A stretch of DNA of 64,000 bases from Octopus vulgaris (Eukaryota), in NCBI GenBank assembly GCA_951406725.2, contig OX597835.1, positions 16,182,001 to 16,246,000 of the forward strand. Direction: 5' to 3'. Below, piece by piece: positions 12,373 to 24,290 of this stretch; position 1 is the first letter of the stretch; every line of letters begins with the position of its first letter. The position numbers were made by a program, and so were the translations under genes. Below the pieces are notes generated by a model that was given only the letters and a program-made list of their open reading frames with translations, was not told where the DNA came from and made no database searches.

Positions 12373-12424
12373 GTTGCTAGGAAACAGATAGGTTACCAGG
12401 CAACGGTTTATGTTGCCTGGCAGT
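12373..12424. promoter_or_regulatory. Cluster of three RFX X-box-like motifs
   Basis: GTTGCTAGGAAAC (12373), GTTACCAGGCAAC (12392) and GTTGCCTGGCAGT (12412), versus the consensus GTNRCC-N0-3-RGYAAC; non-repetitive context. Confidence 0.5.
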
Positions 12425-12629
12425 GAATAACATTGAAAAAAAAAAAAAAAAAAAATTTAACCAACAAAATATGAAAATAGAATTCTCTTACCAAAAAACC
12501 CTTCTTGCAAACCTGTAATATCTACCCCCACTCCTCCCCCCCCCCCCGATACCTCTCGTCCCTATCATTTACCTACTCTCACTTCTCCCCCTTGCACTAT
12601 CCACTCCTACTACCTTGCAGTACCACATT

Positions 12630-12633
12630 GCTT

Positions 12634-12672
<39 letters not shown>

Positions 12673-12934
12673 TCTTTCACTATTTTACCCTCTCATACTT
12701 TTGCCTTTCTTTCACTCTCTCCCTTTCTGACACCTTTCAGTCTTCCTTTCTCTCTCTCACGTACACACACATTCCCTCTCTCCCTTTCTCTCTCTCTCTC
12801 TCTCTCTCTCATATCTATCAGTCTTTCTTTCTCTATCTCTTTCTCTCACACACATACACACACATTCCCCTCTCTCTCTCTCTCCCATATCTATCAGTCT
12901 TTCTTTCTCTATCTCTTTCTCTCACACACATTCC

Positions 12935-12965
<31 letters not shown>

Positions 12966-13285
12966 CTATTAGCCTTTCTTTCATCCCTTCGATTTCTCTC
13001 TCTCACATTTTGCAGTCTTTCTTTCACTCACTCACTCTCTCTCATAACTTTCAGTCTGTTCCTCTGTCTTTCTTTCACACGCACACACTCACACTCTCTC
13101 AGCTTTCAGCCTTCCTTTCACACACACACATACTCTCTCTTCTTCTCTCTCTCTCTCTCTCTCTCCCAGGTTACAGTCTCTCTCTTTCCATTTCTCAGTC
13201 TACCTTTCACACACACATAGTCTTTCTCCCTCACTCTCTCCCCCTTTCTCTCAAATACCTTTCAGTCTTTCTCTCCCACTCACAC
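12630..13285. repeat. (CT)n/(CA)n-rich low-complexity tract with internal duplications
   Basis: Repeated ctct tracts; catatctatcagtctttctttctctatctctttctctcacacaca occurs twice. Confidence 0.9.
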
Positions 13286-13475
13286 TTTTTTTTTTTTCCC
13301 AGTAACCTTAACAGAAAACAATCAATAAGTCTTTTTATCCCCACCCCCCTCACACTGATTCTCCGATTCTCCTCAAAGTTACCTCAACCAAACACCACCG
13401 CACACACACACACACACACACAAACAGTTGGTACCAACCCAAGATATGACTAAGCCACAAAAAACTGACTGCTGC

Positions 13476-13523
<48 letters not shown>

Positions 13524-13589
13524 CATTCTCTGCTGAAAAAATTAAGGAGCTGTGTGGTTATATATAGCAATTATATCCAGGTGGATGTA

Positions 13590-13637
<48 letters not shown>

Positions 13638-13961
13638 ATCAATTTACAGTGTGTGGATCAATTTAGAAATATGTCAACATTAAGTTTTCAATGAAATACC
13701 ATTTAAGATTTATGAGTGTGTGCGTGTGGGAGGGTAGGGCGGTAAATATAATTTGTGGGGGTGGGGTGTTGAATCAGTAATAGTTTGTGCATGTGTGTGT
13801 GTGTGTGTGTGTATGTGTGTTTGCAAGTTTTGCTTTTTTTTGTTCATTGATTATGTTCAAAGGGACAAAAAAAAAAAAAAAAAAAAAAAACACAACAAAC
13901 AGATAAATGTAATTAAAATATTAAATAAGGCAAACATTTAAATTAAATAAAGGCTAATATT

Positions 13962-14390
13962 AATTACTCCTTTACTCCTTTACTTGTTTCAGTCATTTGA
14001 CTGCGGCCATGCTGGAGCACCGCCTTTAATCGAGCAACTCGACCCCGGGACTTATTCTTTTGTAAGCCCAGTATACTTATTCTATCGGTCTCTTTTGCCG
14101 AACTGCTAAGTGACGGGGACATAAACACACCAGCATCGGTTGTCAAGCAATGCTAGGGGGACAAACACAGACACACAAACATACACGCACACACACACAT
14201 ATATATATATATATACATATATATACGACGGGCTTCTTTCAGTTTCCGTCTACCAAATCCACTCACAAGGCTTTGGTCGGCCCGAGGCTATAGCAGAAGA
14301 CACTTGCCCAAGGTGCCACGCAGTGGGACTGAACCCGGAACCATGTGGTTGGTAAGCAAGCTACTTACCACACAGCCACTCCTGTGCCTA
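13962..14390 (-). mobile_element. Family A SINE, full length
   Basis: Same head, body and tail as the 11345 copy. Confidence 0.9.
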
Positions 14391-14547
14391 TTAGGTCAAA
14401 TTGTAAATATATTAAATAGGACCTAAATTGAAAAAGGGAATTATCGAAAAATTTTTTAGAATAAATGGTGGTTTCAAATTTTAGCACAAGGCCAGCAATT
14501 TAGAGAGGAGGGGTAAACTGGTTACATCAACTCCAAGGCTCAACTGG

Positions 14548-14909
14548 GGCCGAATATACTCGTGGATAGGCCACACCCTTAGTTTCGGGTTGTCAAGATG
14601 GGTATTTGCGGTTGACTCACAAATAGGTCACGCAATAATCTGGGGAGGTCCATAACCCCTTTTTAATGTAAATATAACTAATATTTGTTAAATATTATCA
14701 AATACCAGCACGGATTTTTGTCAGTGAACAGGTCGCGGTCTTAAAGCGACGAAAATATTTTGACAAATTAAACTTAAATGTTGAAGTGAATCTAACGGCT
14801 TTTGTGTGTTTCTTAAATGGCTTACAAACACCTTCCACGCTGCAATTGTTTTCGTTTCAGCACCCGATCTCAGATCAAATCACTTGCTATGCAAGTACAT
14901 CTCCGTAAT
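14548..14909. mobile_element. Unclassified TIR-like repeat fragment (also at 45884-46097)
   Basis: gcgacgaaaatattttgacaaattaaa...cacttgctatgcaagtacatctccgtaat is shared with the 45.9-kb copy, where it occurs in both orientations. Confidence 0.65.
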
Positions 14910-14918
14910 CATCAAATA

Positions 14919-15364
14919 TCTCTATATCTATAAACAGCAAAATGTCTGTGTGTCCGTGTGTCCTCTATACAAATCCACAGTTTTTCACGTAAAAGGCTCG
15001 CATTTTCTATGGGCTTTCAAATCTGTCTGAGGGTGGTCGTGAAGATCTTTTCATTTCCCCAGTCACCCCAGAAAGCCATTAAAAAAAAAAAAAAAAAAAA
15101 AATCGATAAACCGACCCCTTATGCCCAACAGTTGAATGCACATGTGCATTTGCAGGCAGTCTGTGTGACTGCGCATTTTTGTGTTTTGCAAAAACACGTT
15201 ACCATGTGTTTTGGCTTTCAAACGTGCACGCTTTTTGATTTGAGAAATGCAGGGGTTAATTAATGAGTTAGACCAAGTGAATGACAAGAGAGAGGGATTT
15301 TCATGAAAGACCAAATATGCTTGACTAGCACTAGAACCAGCAACGCCGGGTCAGTCAGTGCTAG
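14919..15364 (+). mobile_element. Non-autonomous Helitron
   Basis: 5' a|TCtctatatctataaa; 3' ccagcaacgccggg hairpin-like segment, then CTAG|t at 15361-15364; no TSD. Confidence 0.8.
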
Positions 15365-15464
15365 TTCGTCTCTATTTCTAAACTTTGCTTACAATTATTA
15401 GACATTTTTGCAGAAGTGACTTTAACGAAGCAGTCCAATTAATAAATCAACTTGGCTATTGATG

Positions 15465-15666
15465 TACTCTTTTATTTGCTCCAGTCATTTGACTGTGGCC
15501 ACGCTGGAGCATCGCCTTTAGTCGAACAAATCGACCCCAGGAGTTATTCTTTGCAAGCCCAGTACTTATTCTATCAGTCTCTTTTGCCAAACCGCTAAGT
15601 TACAGGGACTAAACACACCAGCATCGGTTGTCAAGCGATGTTGGGGAGACAAACACACACACACAC

Positions 15667-15707
<41 letters not shown>

Positions 15708-15758
15708 CACGACGGGCTTCTTTCAGTTTCTGTCTACCAAATCTACTCACAAGGCTTT
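15465..15758 (-). mobile_element. Family A SINE, 5'-truncated
   Basis: Tail A1 and body match. Confidence 0.85.
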
Positions 15759-16039
15759 ATGCCAGTATGAAAAGCAGACATTCAATGATGATGAAGATAA
15801 TGATTCCTACTTTCAAAATCTCAAAAGTGATAGACACAACCTTCTGTAACCTGAACCTCTCTTAATTCCTTAACGACCACAAACGTAGTTTTTATCCAAC
15901 CAAAATAAAGTTGAATCTACCGGAGACCTACACATCTATGCCCCCCAACAGTGGTTTCATACCTTCAAATTCATTAAGGGAAAATTTGAAGGTTAAGAGC
16001 CTTGAGAAACTGTCTCCCTGTAGGTTTTATCTCTCACAT

Positions 16040-16435
16040 AGGTAAAGGCATGGTTGCGTGGCTAAGAAGTTTGCTTTGCAACACCATGGGTTTAGGTTCT
16101 GTCCCATTGCACAACATCTTAGACAAATATTTTCTACTATAGCCCCGGCTGACCAATGCTTTCTGAGGGAATTTGGTAGACAGAATATGTGTGGAAGCTT
16201 GTATGTATATAATACTCATGTGCCTTTTGTGTTTGTACCCTCTCCCATCACTTGACAACCAGCACTGGTTTGGTTACATCCCCATAACTTAGCAATTCAG
16301 CAAAAAAAGACATAGAATAAATACCAGACTTTAGAAAATATAAGTACTGGGGTCAACTTGATTGAATAAATTCTTTAAGCTGGTGCCCAGCATAGCCACA
16401 GATCAATGACTGGAACTAACAAAAGACAAACAAAG
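16040..16435 (+). mobile_element. Family A SINE, old copy
   Basis: Diverged head and tail (tggtgcccagcatagccacag). Confidence 0.75.
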
Positions 16436-16469
16436 GTCTCTGGGGCTGTGCCATTGCAGTGTGATTTGT

Positions 16470-16720
16470 TAGGGTTCTCTCTGACTTCGCTATCAACCCT
16501 AGAGTGGCTTCAAGTACTGCTTTGTACCCCTGCACAGTTCCTTATATATATATCAAAGATCTGCTTATTGTCACCTCCAACAACATCCAGCCCTATGTAG
16601 ATGATACCCCACTTGTTACTCTGAAACCTTCAGCGTCCACATGCAACATAAAACACCACCTTGGGCCAAATGGGGATTCTGACAAGTGGTAGAATGAAGT
16701 CTTAGATAAAGTACAGCTTA
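16470..16720 (+). pseudogene. Degenerate LINE reverse-transcriptase fragment (CR1/Jockey group)
   Basis: INPRVASSTALYP...IYIKDLLIVTSNNIQPYVDDTPL resembles GVPQGSVLSP.LF.IFINDL......YADD.TL. Confidence 0.6.
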
Positions 16721-16809
16721 AACAATGTGATTTTATGTATTGGATATTCTTCATGTACTTTGTACTTCCAAATGTATAGAGGCAGTTATATGGAGAGAAA
16801 GAGAGGGGA

Positions 16810-17355
16810 ACAGAGAGATACAGAGGGACAGAAAGAATGGGACTCAGACAGAGAAAGACAGAGACAGTCAGATGGACAGATAGAGACAGTTGGACAGAAA
16901 GAGACAGTCAAATGAACAGAGACAGTCAAACAGACAGAGACAGTCGGACAGACAGAGACAGACAAACAGACAGACACAGTTGGACAGGCAGACAGTCGGA
17001 TGGACAGAGACAGTTGGACTTACAGAGACAGACAGATGGACAGACAGAGACAGTCGGACAGAGACAGTTGGACAGGCAGACAGTCAGACGGACAGAGAAT
17101 CACACAGACCGACACACAGACAGAGACAGTTAAACAAACGGAAAGTCGGACAGAGACAGTCACACAAACAGGAAATTGGACGGACAGAGACAGCTGGACA
17201 GAGAGAGAAACAGTCAAACAGACAGAGACAGTCAGACAAACAGAGACAATTGGACACAGAAACAGAGAGACAGAGGCAAATGAATAGAGACAACTGGACA
17301 GAAGCAGTCAGACAGACAGACAGGAACAATTGGACAGGGACAGTCAGACAGACAG
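16810..17355. repeat. Degenerate (GACA)n-based repeat
   Basis: Recurrent gacagagacagtc/gacagttgga units. Confidence 0.9.
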
Positions 17356-18065
17356 AAAAAAAAAGAGAGAGAGGGTGAGTGTGTGAATGTTAAGACAGTG
17401 ACTCTTTGAGGAAGGTAGAAAGAAATAACATTGCAAGGGGTAGTGTAGGGGGAAAGGGAGAGAATGCGCATGCGCGTGTGTGTGTGTGAGTGGTGTGTAA
17501 GATTGAGTATAGCTTGAGAGGAGGATAGGAGGACGCGATATTGTACGAAGAGGAGGAGCCTGGAGCACGAAGAGGAGGGAGAGCGATAACTACATGACAA
17601 TATTGAAAGAAGTCGAAGGAGAGAGGGAGACAAAGAGAGAGAGAGGAGGAGAGAGATGAAAGAGGAAGAAAGAGCTGAAGCAGGGAGAGGGAGAAAAGGT
17701 CTATAGACATTTGCAGACCCAGCAGGAAATAATTAAAAAAAGGAAAAAAAAAAAAAAAAAAAAAAAAACCAAGAAAACAAACAAACAAACACAAAACAAT
17801 TTTCGATATAAAAAATTTAAATGAAGACATACTTGAGTCTTCAGAACTGATCAATGATGTTCAAATTTAATATTTAATGTAAATCTCTCCACAAAACATG
17901 ATGAAGTACACGTTACAGGAAATTTGCATAATCGTCTCTTTGTATTCTTTTGGTTTGTTTTCTTTTCTTTAATTATTCTAGTTTCATCTAATCAAACAGC
18001 AGAGTCCCCCAATTGAAACAACAACAACAGCAGCAACAACAATAACAACAACGACAACAACAACA

Positions 18066-18735
18066 TTAATCCTTTCTCCGAAAGGTACAAGGCCTGAAAT
18101 TTTGGGGGGAGGGGACTAGTTGATTACATTGACTCCCCAGTATGCAACTGGTACATAATCTATTGACCCCCCGAAAGGAGGAAAGGTAAAGTCGAACTCA
18201 GCGGAATTTGAACTCGGAACGCAAAGATGGACGAAATGCCACTAAGTATTTTTCCTGGTATTCTAACAATCCTGCCACCATGCTACCTTAAATAATCCTT
18301 TCTATTATAGGCACAAAGCCTGAAATTTTTTTTGGGGGGGGGGGGCTTAGTTGATTACATTGATCCCAGTACCAGACTGGTACTTTCTTTTATCGACCCC
18401 AAAAGAATGAGAAGACAAAGTCAAACTCTGGAATTTGAACTTGGACTGTAAAGCGAGACGAAATGCTGCTAAGCATTTTGTCCGGCATGCTAATAAATCT
18501 GCCAGCTTGCCATAATAATGGTCCTTTCTACTAGAGGCACAAGGCCTGAAATTTTGGGGAGGGGAGTAGTCAATTGCACTGACCCTAGTGTTTCACTGGT
18601 ACTTAATTTATCAAGCCCAAAAGGATGAAAGGCAAAGCCGACCTCAGTGGAATTGGAACTCAGAACGCAACAACAGGCGAAACACTGCTAAGCATTACGT
18701 CCAACATGCTAACGATTCTGCCAGCTCACTGTCGC
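18066..18735 (-). mobile_element. Three head-to-tail family B SINEs (tail B2)
   Basis: Units start at ~18066, ~18292 and ~18520, each with cctttct...gcctgaaattt...ctggtac...gaac; they are mutually diverged. Confidence 0.8.
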
Positions 18736-18822
18736 ACACATATGTTCCAGCATGGCTGCAGTAAAATGACTGAAACAAGGAAAAGAATAAAAGAATATAT
18801 ATATATATATATATATATATAG

Positions 18823-19022
18823 TTTATTTAAAGCAGCAGAAAATTCAACAAAACCTGTTACTCTGAGTTTCCCGTTGCCATTCATCAGACAGGCAACGGG
18901 AAACTCAGAGTAACAGGTTTTGTTGAATTTTCTGCTGCTTTAAATAAAGCATATTACTCTACCACTGGTATTTGAGTACTCTTTTTTCTACCTTGTTTCA
19001 CATTTATGTGTTTACTTCGGTG
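18823..19022. mobile_element. Penelope-like element remnant with inverted terminal segment
   Basis: Perfect 57-bp inverted repeat (18823-18879 / 18892-18948) with a 12-nt loop; minus strand ctgatga-atggcaacgg-gaaac-tc is hammerhead-like; (TA)n on both sides. Confidence 0.6.
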
Positions 19023-19392
19023 TATATATATATATATATATATATAAGAACACATGAGCACAAGTCCAACTAGAAGCCATGTTTGTACATCACTACACAA
19101 AGAACTTGCTATTTTTAATCTACTCAGCTATCACCAAATGCCGACATTTCCACTTCTTAATGGCCATAATAGATTTCTGGGTTCTGGCCAACAATATTTC
19201 AACTTTTCACCAACAGCTAGGAACATAGATATGAGCACCACCAACAACAGTTCTGACAACACCTATAAAACCAAACAGTTATCAATTTACCAAATGATGT
19301 TATCAGAAGTTCCAGATATTGAACAACTGACCTGGTTTGGATAATCAGAGGTGAGCGTTAGCTTGCCACTAGAGGTGTATGGTAGCTTCGTA

Positions 19393-19778
19393 GAAGGCGC
19401 AATGGCCCAGTGGTTAGGGCAGCGGACTCACGGTCATAGGATCGCGGTTTCAATTCCCAGACCGGGCGTTGTGAGTGTTTATTGAGCGAAAACACCTAAA
19501 GCTCAACGAGGCTCCGGCAGGGGATGGTGGTGATCCCTGCTGTACTCTTTCACCACAACTTTCTCTCACTCTTACTTCCTGTTTCTATTGTACCTGTATT
19601 TCAAAGGGCCAGCCTTGTCACTCTCTGTGTCATGCTGAATATCCCCGAGAACTACATTAAGGGTACACGTGTCTGTGGAGTGCTCAGCCACTTACACGTT
19701 AATTTCACGAGCAGGCTGTTCCGTTGATTCGGGTCAACCGGAACCCTCATCGTCATAACCGATGGAGTGCTTCCATCC
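19393..19778 (+). mobile_element. Family C SINE, tail C2, with TSD
   Basis: TSD atggtagcttc(g/a)ta at 19379 and 19779. Confidence 0.9.
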
Positions 19779-19794
19779 ATGGTAGCTTCATATG

Positions 19795-20095
19795 AGCATT
19801 AGCCCACCAGTATAGATTAAACCCACCACTGAAGGCAATTCTTTAGCCTTGTGCTCGTAGCAAAATGCTAAAGCCTGCCTCCATGGGCAATGTGTTAAGT
19901 CCACTTCTGGAGGCAATATGTTAAGTCTGCCACTGGGGTCAATGAGTTATGCCTGCCTCCAGGGATGATGTATTAAGCCTGACTATGGCCTAGCCTAGGG
20001 GCAATGCATTAACCCACTAGCATAGATGAAACCCACCAATGGAAGCAAAATATTAACCTGTCACTAGAAGCAATGTATTGGCTCCAGGGGTAATC
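19795..20095. repeat. Old degenerate ~26-bp minisatellite
   Basis: Units such as aagtccacttctggaggcaatatgtt and aagtctgccactggggtcaatgagtt. Confidence 0.6.
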
Positions 20096-20111
20096 AGCCT
20101 CCAGGAGCTAT

Positions 20112-20682
20112 CATCATCCTCATTGTTCGACCGTGGTCGAGACAATGGAATTTACCATGCTACGCCAGACTTCACGGTCCATCATGGCATTACGGAGGTC
20201 CTGTTGCTGGATGCCTGTATCCCTGGAGATTACATCAGGGTAGGAGAGTATGCACCCTCTGGTATCGCGAGTAGATGGCTTCCAGAAGAGAAGAGTAGAA
20301 ATTACCTCTCTTTCAGCTCTACAACAATGTCCAGCAAACTGGACTCTCCTACCTTTCACAAGAGATGACACAGGTGGTAGTTTCCCATATATTTGCATTT
20401 TGGTTGGATGGCGCTTCCACGAGAGATTTTGAGCTCTCATAAAGAGGCAAGTGTAGGTTCCATCCAACCGCCTTGGGTCATACATATCATCATCTGGAAA
20501 AGACTTTCTAACTAGAAAGGGTATGGCCTGGTCAGCCTGTAATGACATGCATAAGATCTGGTCATCAAATCTAAGTAGAGACTTCAAACTTGAAATCTTC
20601 AAAGCCACAGTCGAACCAATTCTACTATATGGCTCAGAAACCTGGACGTTATCAAAGAAGCTTGAGAGGCAGTTGGATGGAA
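20112..20682 (-). mobile_element. RTE-type LINE fragment with 5' inversion (twin-priming structure)
   Basis: 20112-20471 is minus strand and 20472-20682 plus strand; same family as 10498-11062; TSD ccaggagctat at 20101 and 20683. Confidence 0.9.
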
Positions 20683-21209
20683 CCAGGAGCTATACATTAA
20701 TCCACCATCAGAGACACGTGTTAGCCCACTATTATTAAATGCTAACCCGGTTGGATTCATCTTAGGTTTTATTTATCTAAACATACCAGTAATAGCTATC
20801 TAAATATATCAGTAAATTAACAATATTTCTGAACAATGTAACAGTGAAATAACTAAAAATGGACTATCCTAGATTGTCTGTAAACAAATGTACAGTCAAA
20901 AGGCTACAAGTGGAATCTCCCAGTTAGTTACAGTTTGCATCAATCAAAATCGACCATGCATCTGCCCACGTGCAGACTGGGGCATAAAAGTCCCCACCCC
21001 AAGAGTTTCCCCAATCTAAAATCCTGGTTTGGTACTTTTGTTTTTTTTTTTTGTTTTTTTTTCTATCATTCCTAAAAGATGAAAGGTAAGATTGATGTTG
21101 GCAGAATTTGAACCCAGAGCACAGAAAATAAGAACAAATCTTGCAAGGCCTTTTATCAAACTCTGCAATGGACTCTATCAAGTCATTTCCTTGGATTTTC
21201 CCAAGATGT

Positions 21210-21710
21210 GAAAGTGGGACAACTAGAAGTAGACTCTTCCAAGGTGTAAGAATGTGAGAGCGAAACCACTAGAAATGGACTCTCCCAAAATGACTGTAAC
21301 AACGCAAAGGTGATACAACTAGAAGTGGACTCTTCTAAGATGTAAGAATGTAACAGTAAAAACCACTAGAAATGGACTTTCTCAAAATGTCTGTAACAAT
21401 GTAAAGGTGATATAACTAGAAGTGGTCTCAACCAAGATGCCTGTAAGAGTGTGACAGTGAAACCTTTAGAAATAGACTCTCCCAGAATGTTTAACAACAT
21501 AATGGCGATACAACTAGAAGTGGACTCCCACAAGATGTCTGTAAGAATGTAACAGTGAAACCACAGAATGTTTAACAACGTAATGGCGATACAACTAGAA
21601 GTGGACTCCCACAAGATGTCTGTAAGAATGTGACAGTGAAACCACTAGAAATGGATTCTCCCAAAATGTCTAATAATATGAATACAACTAGAAGTGGACT
21701 CTTCCAAGAT
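21210..21710. repeat. Degenerate tandem array of alternating ~48-bp subunits (~96-bp dimer)
   Basis: Alternating caactagaagtggactc and ccactagaaatggactc cores. Confidence 0.8.
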
Positions 21711-23404
21711 ATAATATAGAACTATTGACTCAGCTAAAAGTAGATTCTCCCTCTGCTTTACTTTCACTTTCATATTCAGGATATCCCACTACCCTGAATA
21801 GCTAATATATTTGTTGAAATGCATGAAGGCCACCAAATTTCATACGAACCTTTTTTTTAAATTACAGGGCCCCTTTGTTTCAAAATATCCCAGTTATTAA
21901 ACATCAAAGATATCGCAAAACAATTCCAGTGAATCACATGACACGACTGGCCAAGGTCATTGTGGCAGCTTTCTAGCCCTGGATTTCCTTTCCATTAATC
22001 ATACCATTCCAGTGCTACTTAGAAACCAAATACCAATTTGTGTAAATTCCATCACTAGTAATGGAAACTATTGATAGGTTAATGGTTAGTGTCAGTATTT
22101 GAAATTTTTAAATAGGAACATTTAAGTAGCTGCCGAAAAGGATATTGAAATGTTTAGCAACTAATCTGAACACTTTTAATTTTTGCATCTGAAATAAGAA
22201 AATTCTTTAGTCATTGATTAAGTGGTTGTGTTCTTGCAACAATTAGCAGTTCTTGTTTAGAAACTATCTGAGAGGGGCTTACCAAAGAAGGAAGTTCTAG
22301 CAATTATGAAATCCAGACAATTTTTTTTCTTTCTTTTATTTCCAAGAGTCAGATGAAATATTAAAAATTTGTTCAGAAATGAATTTCAAAAAAAAAAAAT
22401 GTGTGCTATAATTTTGATTTTTAAACTAAATATTTTCTAAGCCACAGTATCAAAATACATCAATAAACACTAAAAAAATAAATAAATAAATAAATAAATA
22501 AATAAAATTTTTTGTTCGAAGATATTTAAATCCAAAATAAAACTGAGTGAGACTTTCTTAAAAATATTTTGACTTTTGTTTGATGTATGGAGCAAATTAA
22601 TTAAAGATTTCACTCGAAGAAGAACGAAGCAAGAAAAAAAAATCAGATTTCAAATTAAAAAGTAAAATTGAACGAAACTAAAAGAAAAAAAAAAACCTCA
22701 AAAAAACTATGCATCAGAGATTTATTCTTCTATTTCTCACTTAAAAGAAAAACGGTAAAATTACTGTTTTTCGTACGATAAAACTGAAGCATATCATTTA
22801 CAATCTGAAGCGTTAAATATATTGCAAACAACCGAAAGTTATTCTCTTGTTTTTTTCCTCCTGACTATCTGCAACACGTTGCTTCCGGCATTATTTACTT
22901 TCCAAATATTTCAAGCTGGAAATCAATGGATTTCAATTCTAATTGAATTCTTCAACTTTTGCAACCAAAATATTTTCTGTTTATTTCTCAATCGAGGAGT
23001 TGAATTCTGATTTAGTTCAATATGGTTTATTGGTATTGAATTTTTGCAAGAAACAACAACAAAATTTCAAGATATTTTCTTCTATTTAAAGAAAAAAAAG
23101 ATTTGTCTGGAATTTATTGAAGCTTTATTTTGGTTTCAAAATTTCAAACTGATACACCAGAAATGTTTATCAAACTAGGGTGTCCCCTAGCAGACAATTA
23201 ATACAAGGGAGATAATCATTCCTTCATAGTATTTGGCAGGATTAGAAGTTTGACTTTGAAATTGAGGGATTCCAAGGAATAAACGATGTAAGTCAAAGAT
23301 GGACCAAATGAGGGGAAAAAAATTGAACAAGGAAGAAAATGTTGATTTTAAAATTCAAAACTTAAAATTCTAAAACTGGAAAATAAACATCAATTGTAAT
23401 TCAT

Positions 23405-23848
23405 TCATCATTTATAATCCACTTTTCCATACTAGATGGGTCAGATGGGTTTGCTAAGGCTAGATGCCTTTCCTGTTGCCCACCTTAACCTATTTCCAAG
23501 CAAGGTAATATTTCCCCATGGCCAGAAATGTTTTGCCACAGGAGACTGGAAACTAACAACCTCACTTGTATGACATTGAAGCTTGTTTACAACCATCACA
23601 TGATGTTAAGACAAGGATCTGCACATGGAGTTGCACATGCACATGCACACACACACACACACACACACATGCAAAACAAGCTTCTTTCAGTTTCTGATTA
23701 TCAAATCTATTCAGAAAACTTTGGGTCAGCTGAGGGCTACAATACAGCAGTATAAGACATTTGCCCATGCTGCTGCACAGTGGGACTGAACCTAGGACCA
23801 CATGGTTGAGAAGCAAGCTGCTTAACCACACAGCCACACCTGCACCCA
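23405..23848 (-). mobile_element. Family A head with RTE-type tail (A2), old
   Basis: A head at ~23680-23848; tail ccacttttccat...gatgcctttcctgttgcccacc. Confidence 0.7.
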
Positions 23849-24002
23849 CAAAAAAATAATGATAATTAAATTTTTTTTTAAATTAAGATTTAGAACTTTT
23901 AAAAATTCTTAAAAAAAAAATCCAAACAATTTTTATAATTTCAATTTTAGTTTTTCTTTTTTTTTTTTAGCTTTAACAGTTTTAGTTCAGTTTATGAAAA
24001 CA

Positions 24003-24290
24003 GAGCACGTGGCCTCATGGGTGTTACGCTCACAATTGTGAGATTTTGGGTTCAATTCCCAGGCCAGGTGATATGTTGTGTTCTCGAGAAAAAACATTTC
24101 ATCTCACACCTGCTCTGTGATCACTTTAACATGTGGGACACTACACACCTGTGCAGGTAATGTCAATTTAATAGAGACAGGGTGAGCTAATGTGCAACAC
24201 AGATATTTTATCACAATATATGAAGTACCTATGCAGGTTGTTCAGCAGGAAATTTGCAGAATTGTCTTTCTTGGACTTGAAAGACTGTTT
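24003..24290 (+). mobile_element. Old family D-like SINE with a different 3' part
   Basis: gcacgtggcctca...gggttcaattccc...tgttgtgttctcgag resembles the head at 3046. Confidence 0.5.

Noticed and set aside
12505-13453. Ser/Leu-rich ORFs, plus the His/Thr-rich ORFs at 53295-54181 and the ORFs at 16837-17378
   Set aside because: They derive from (CT)n, (CA)n and (GACA)n repeats.
17480-17720. Possible promoter or 5' exon in a purine-rich unique stretch
   Set aside because: No splice sites, ORF or motif that I can support.
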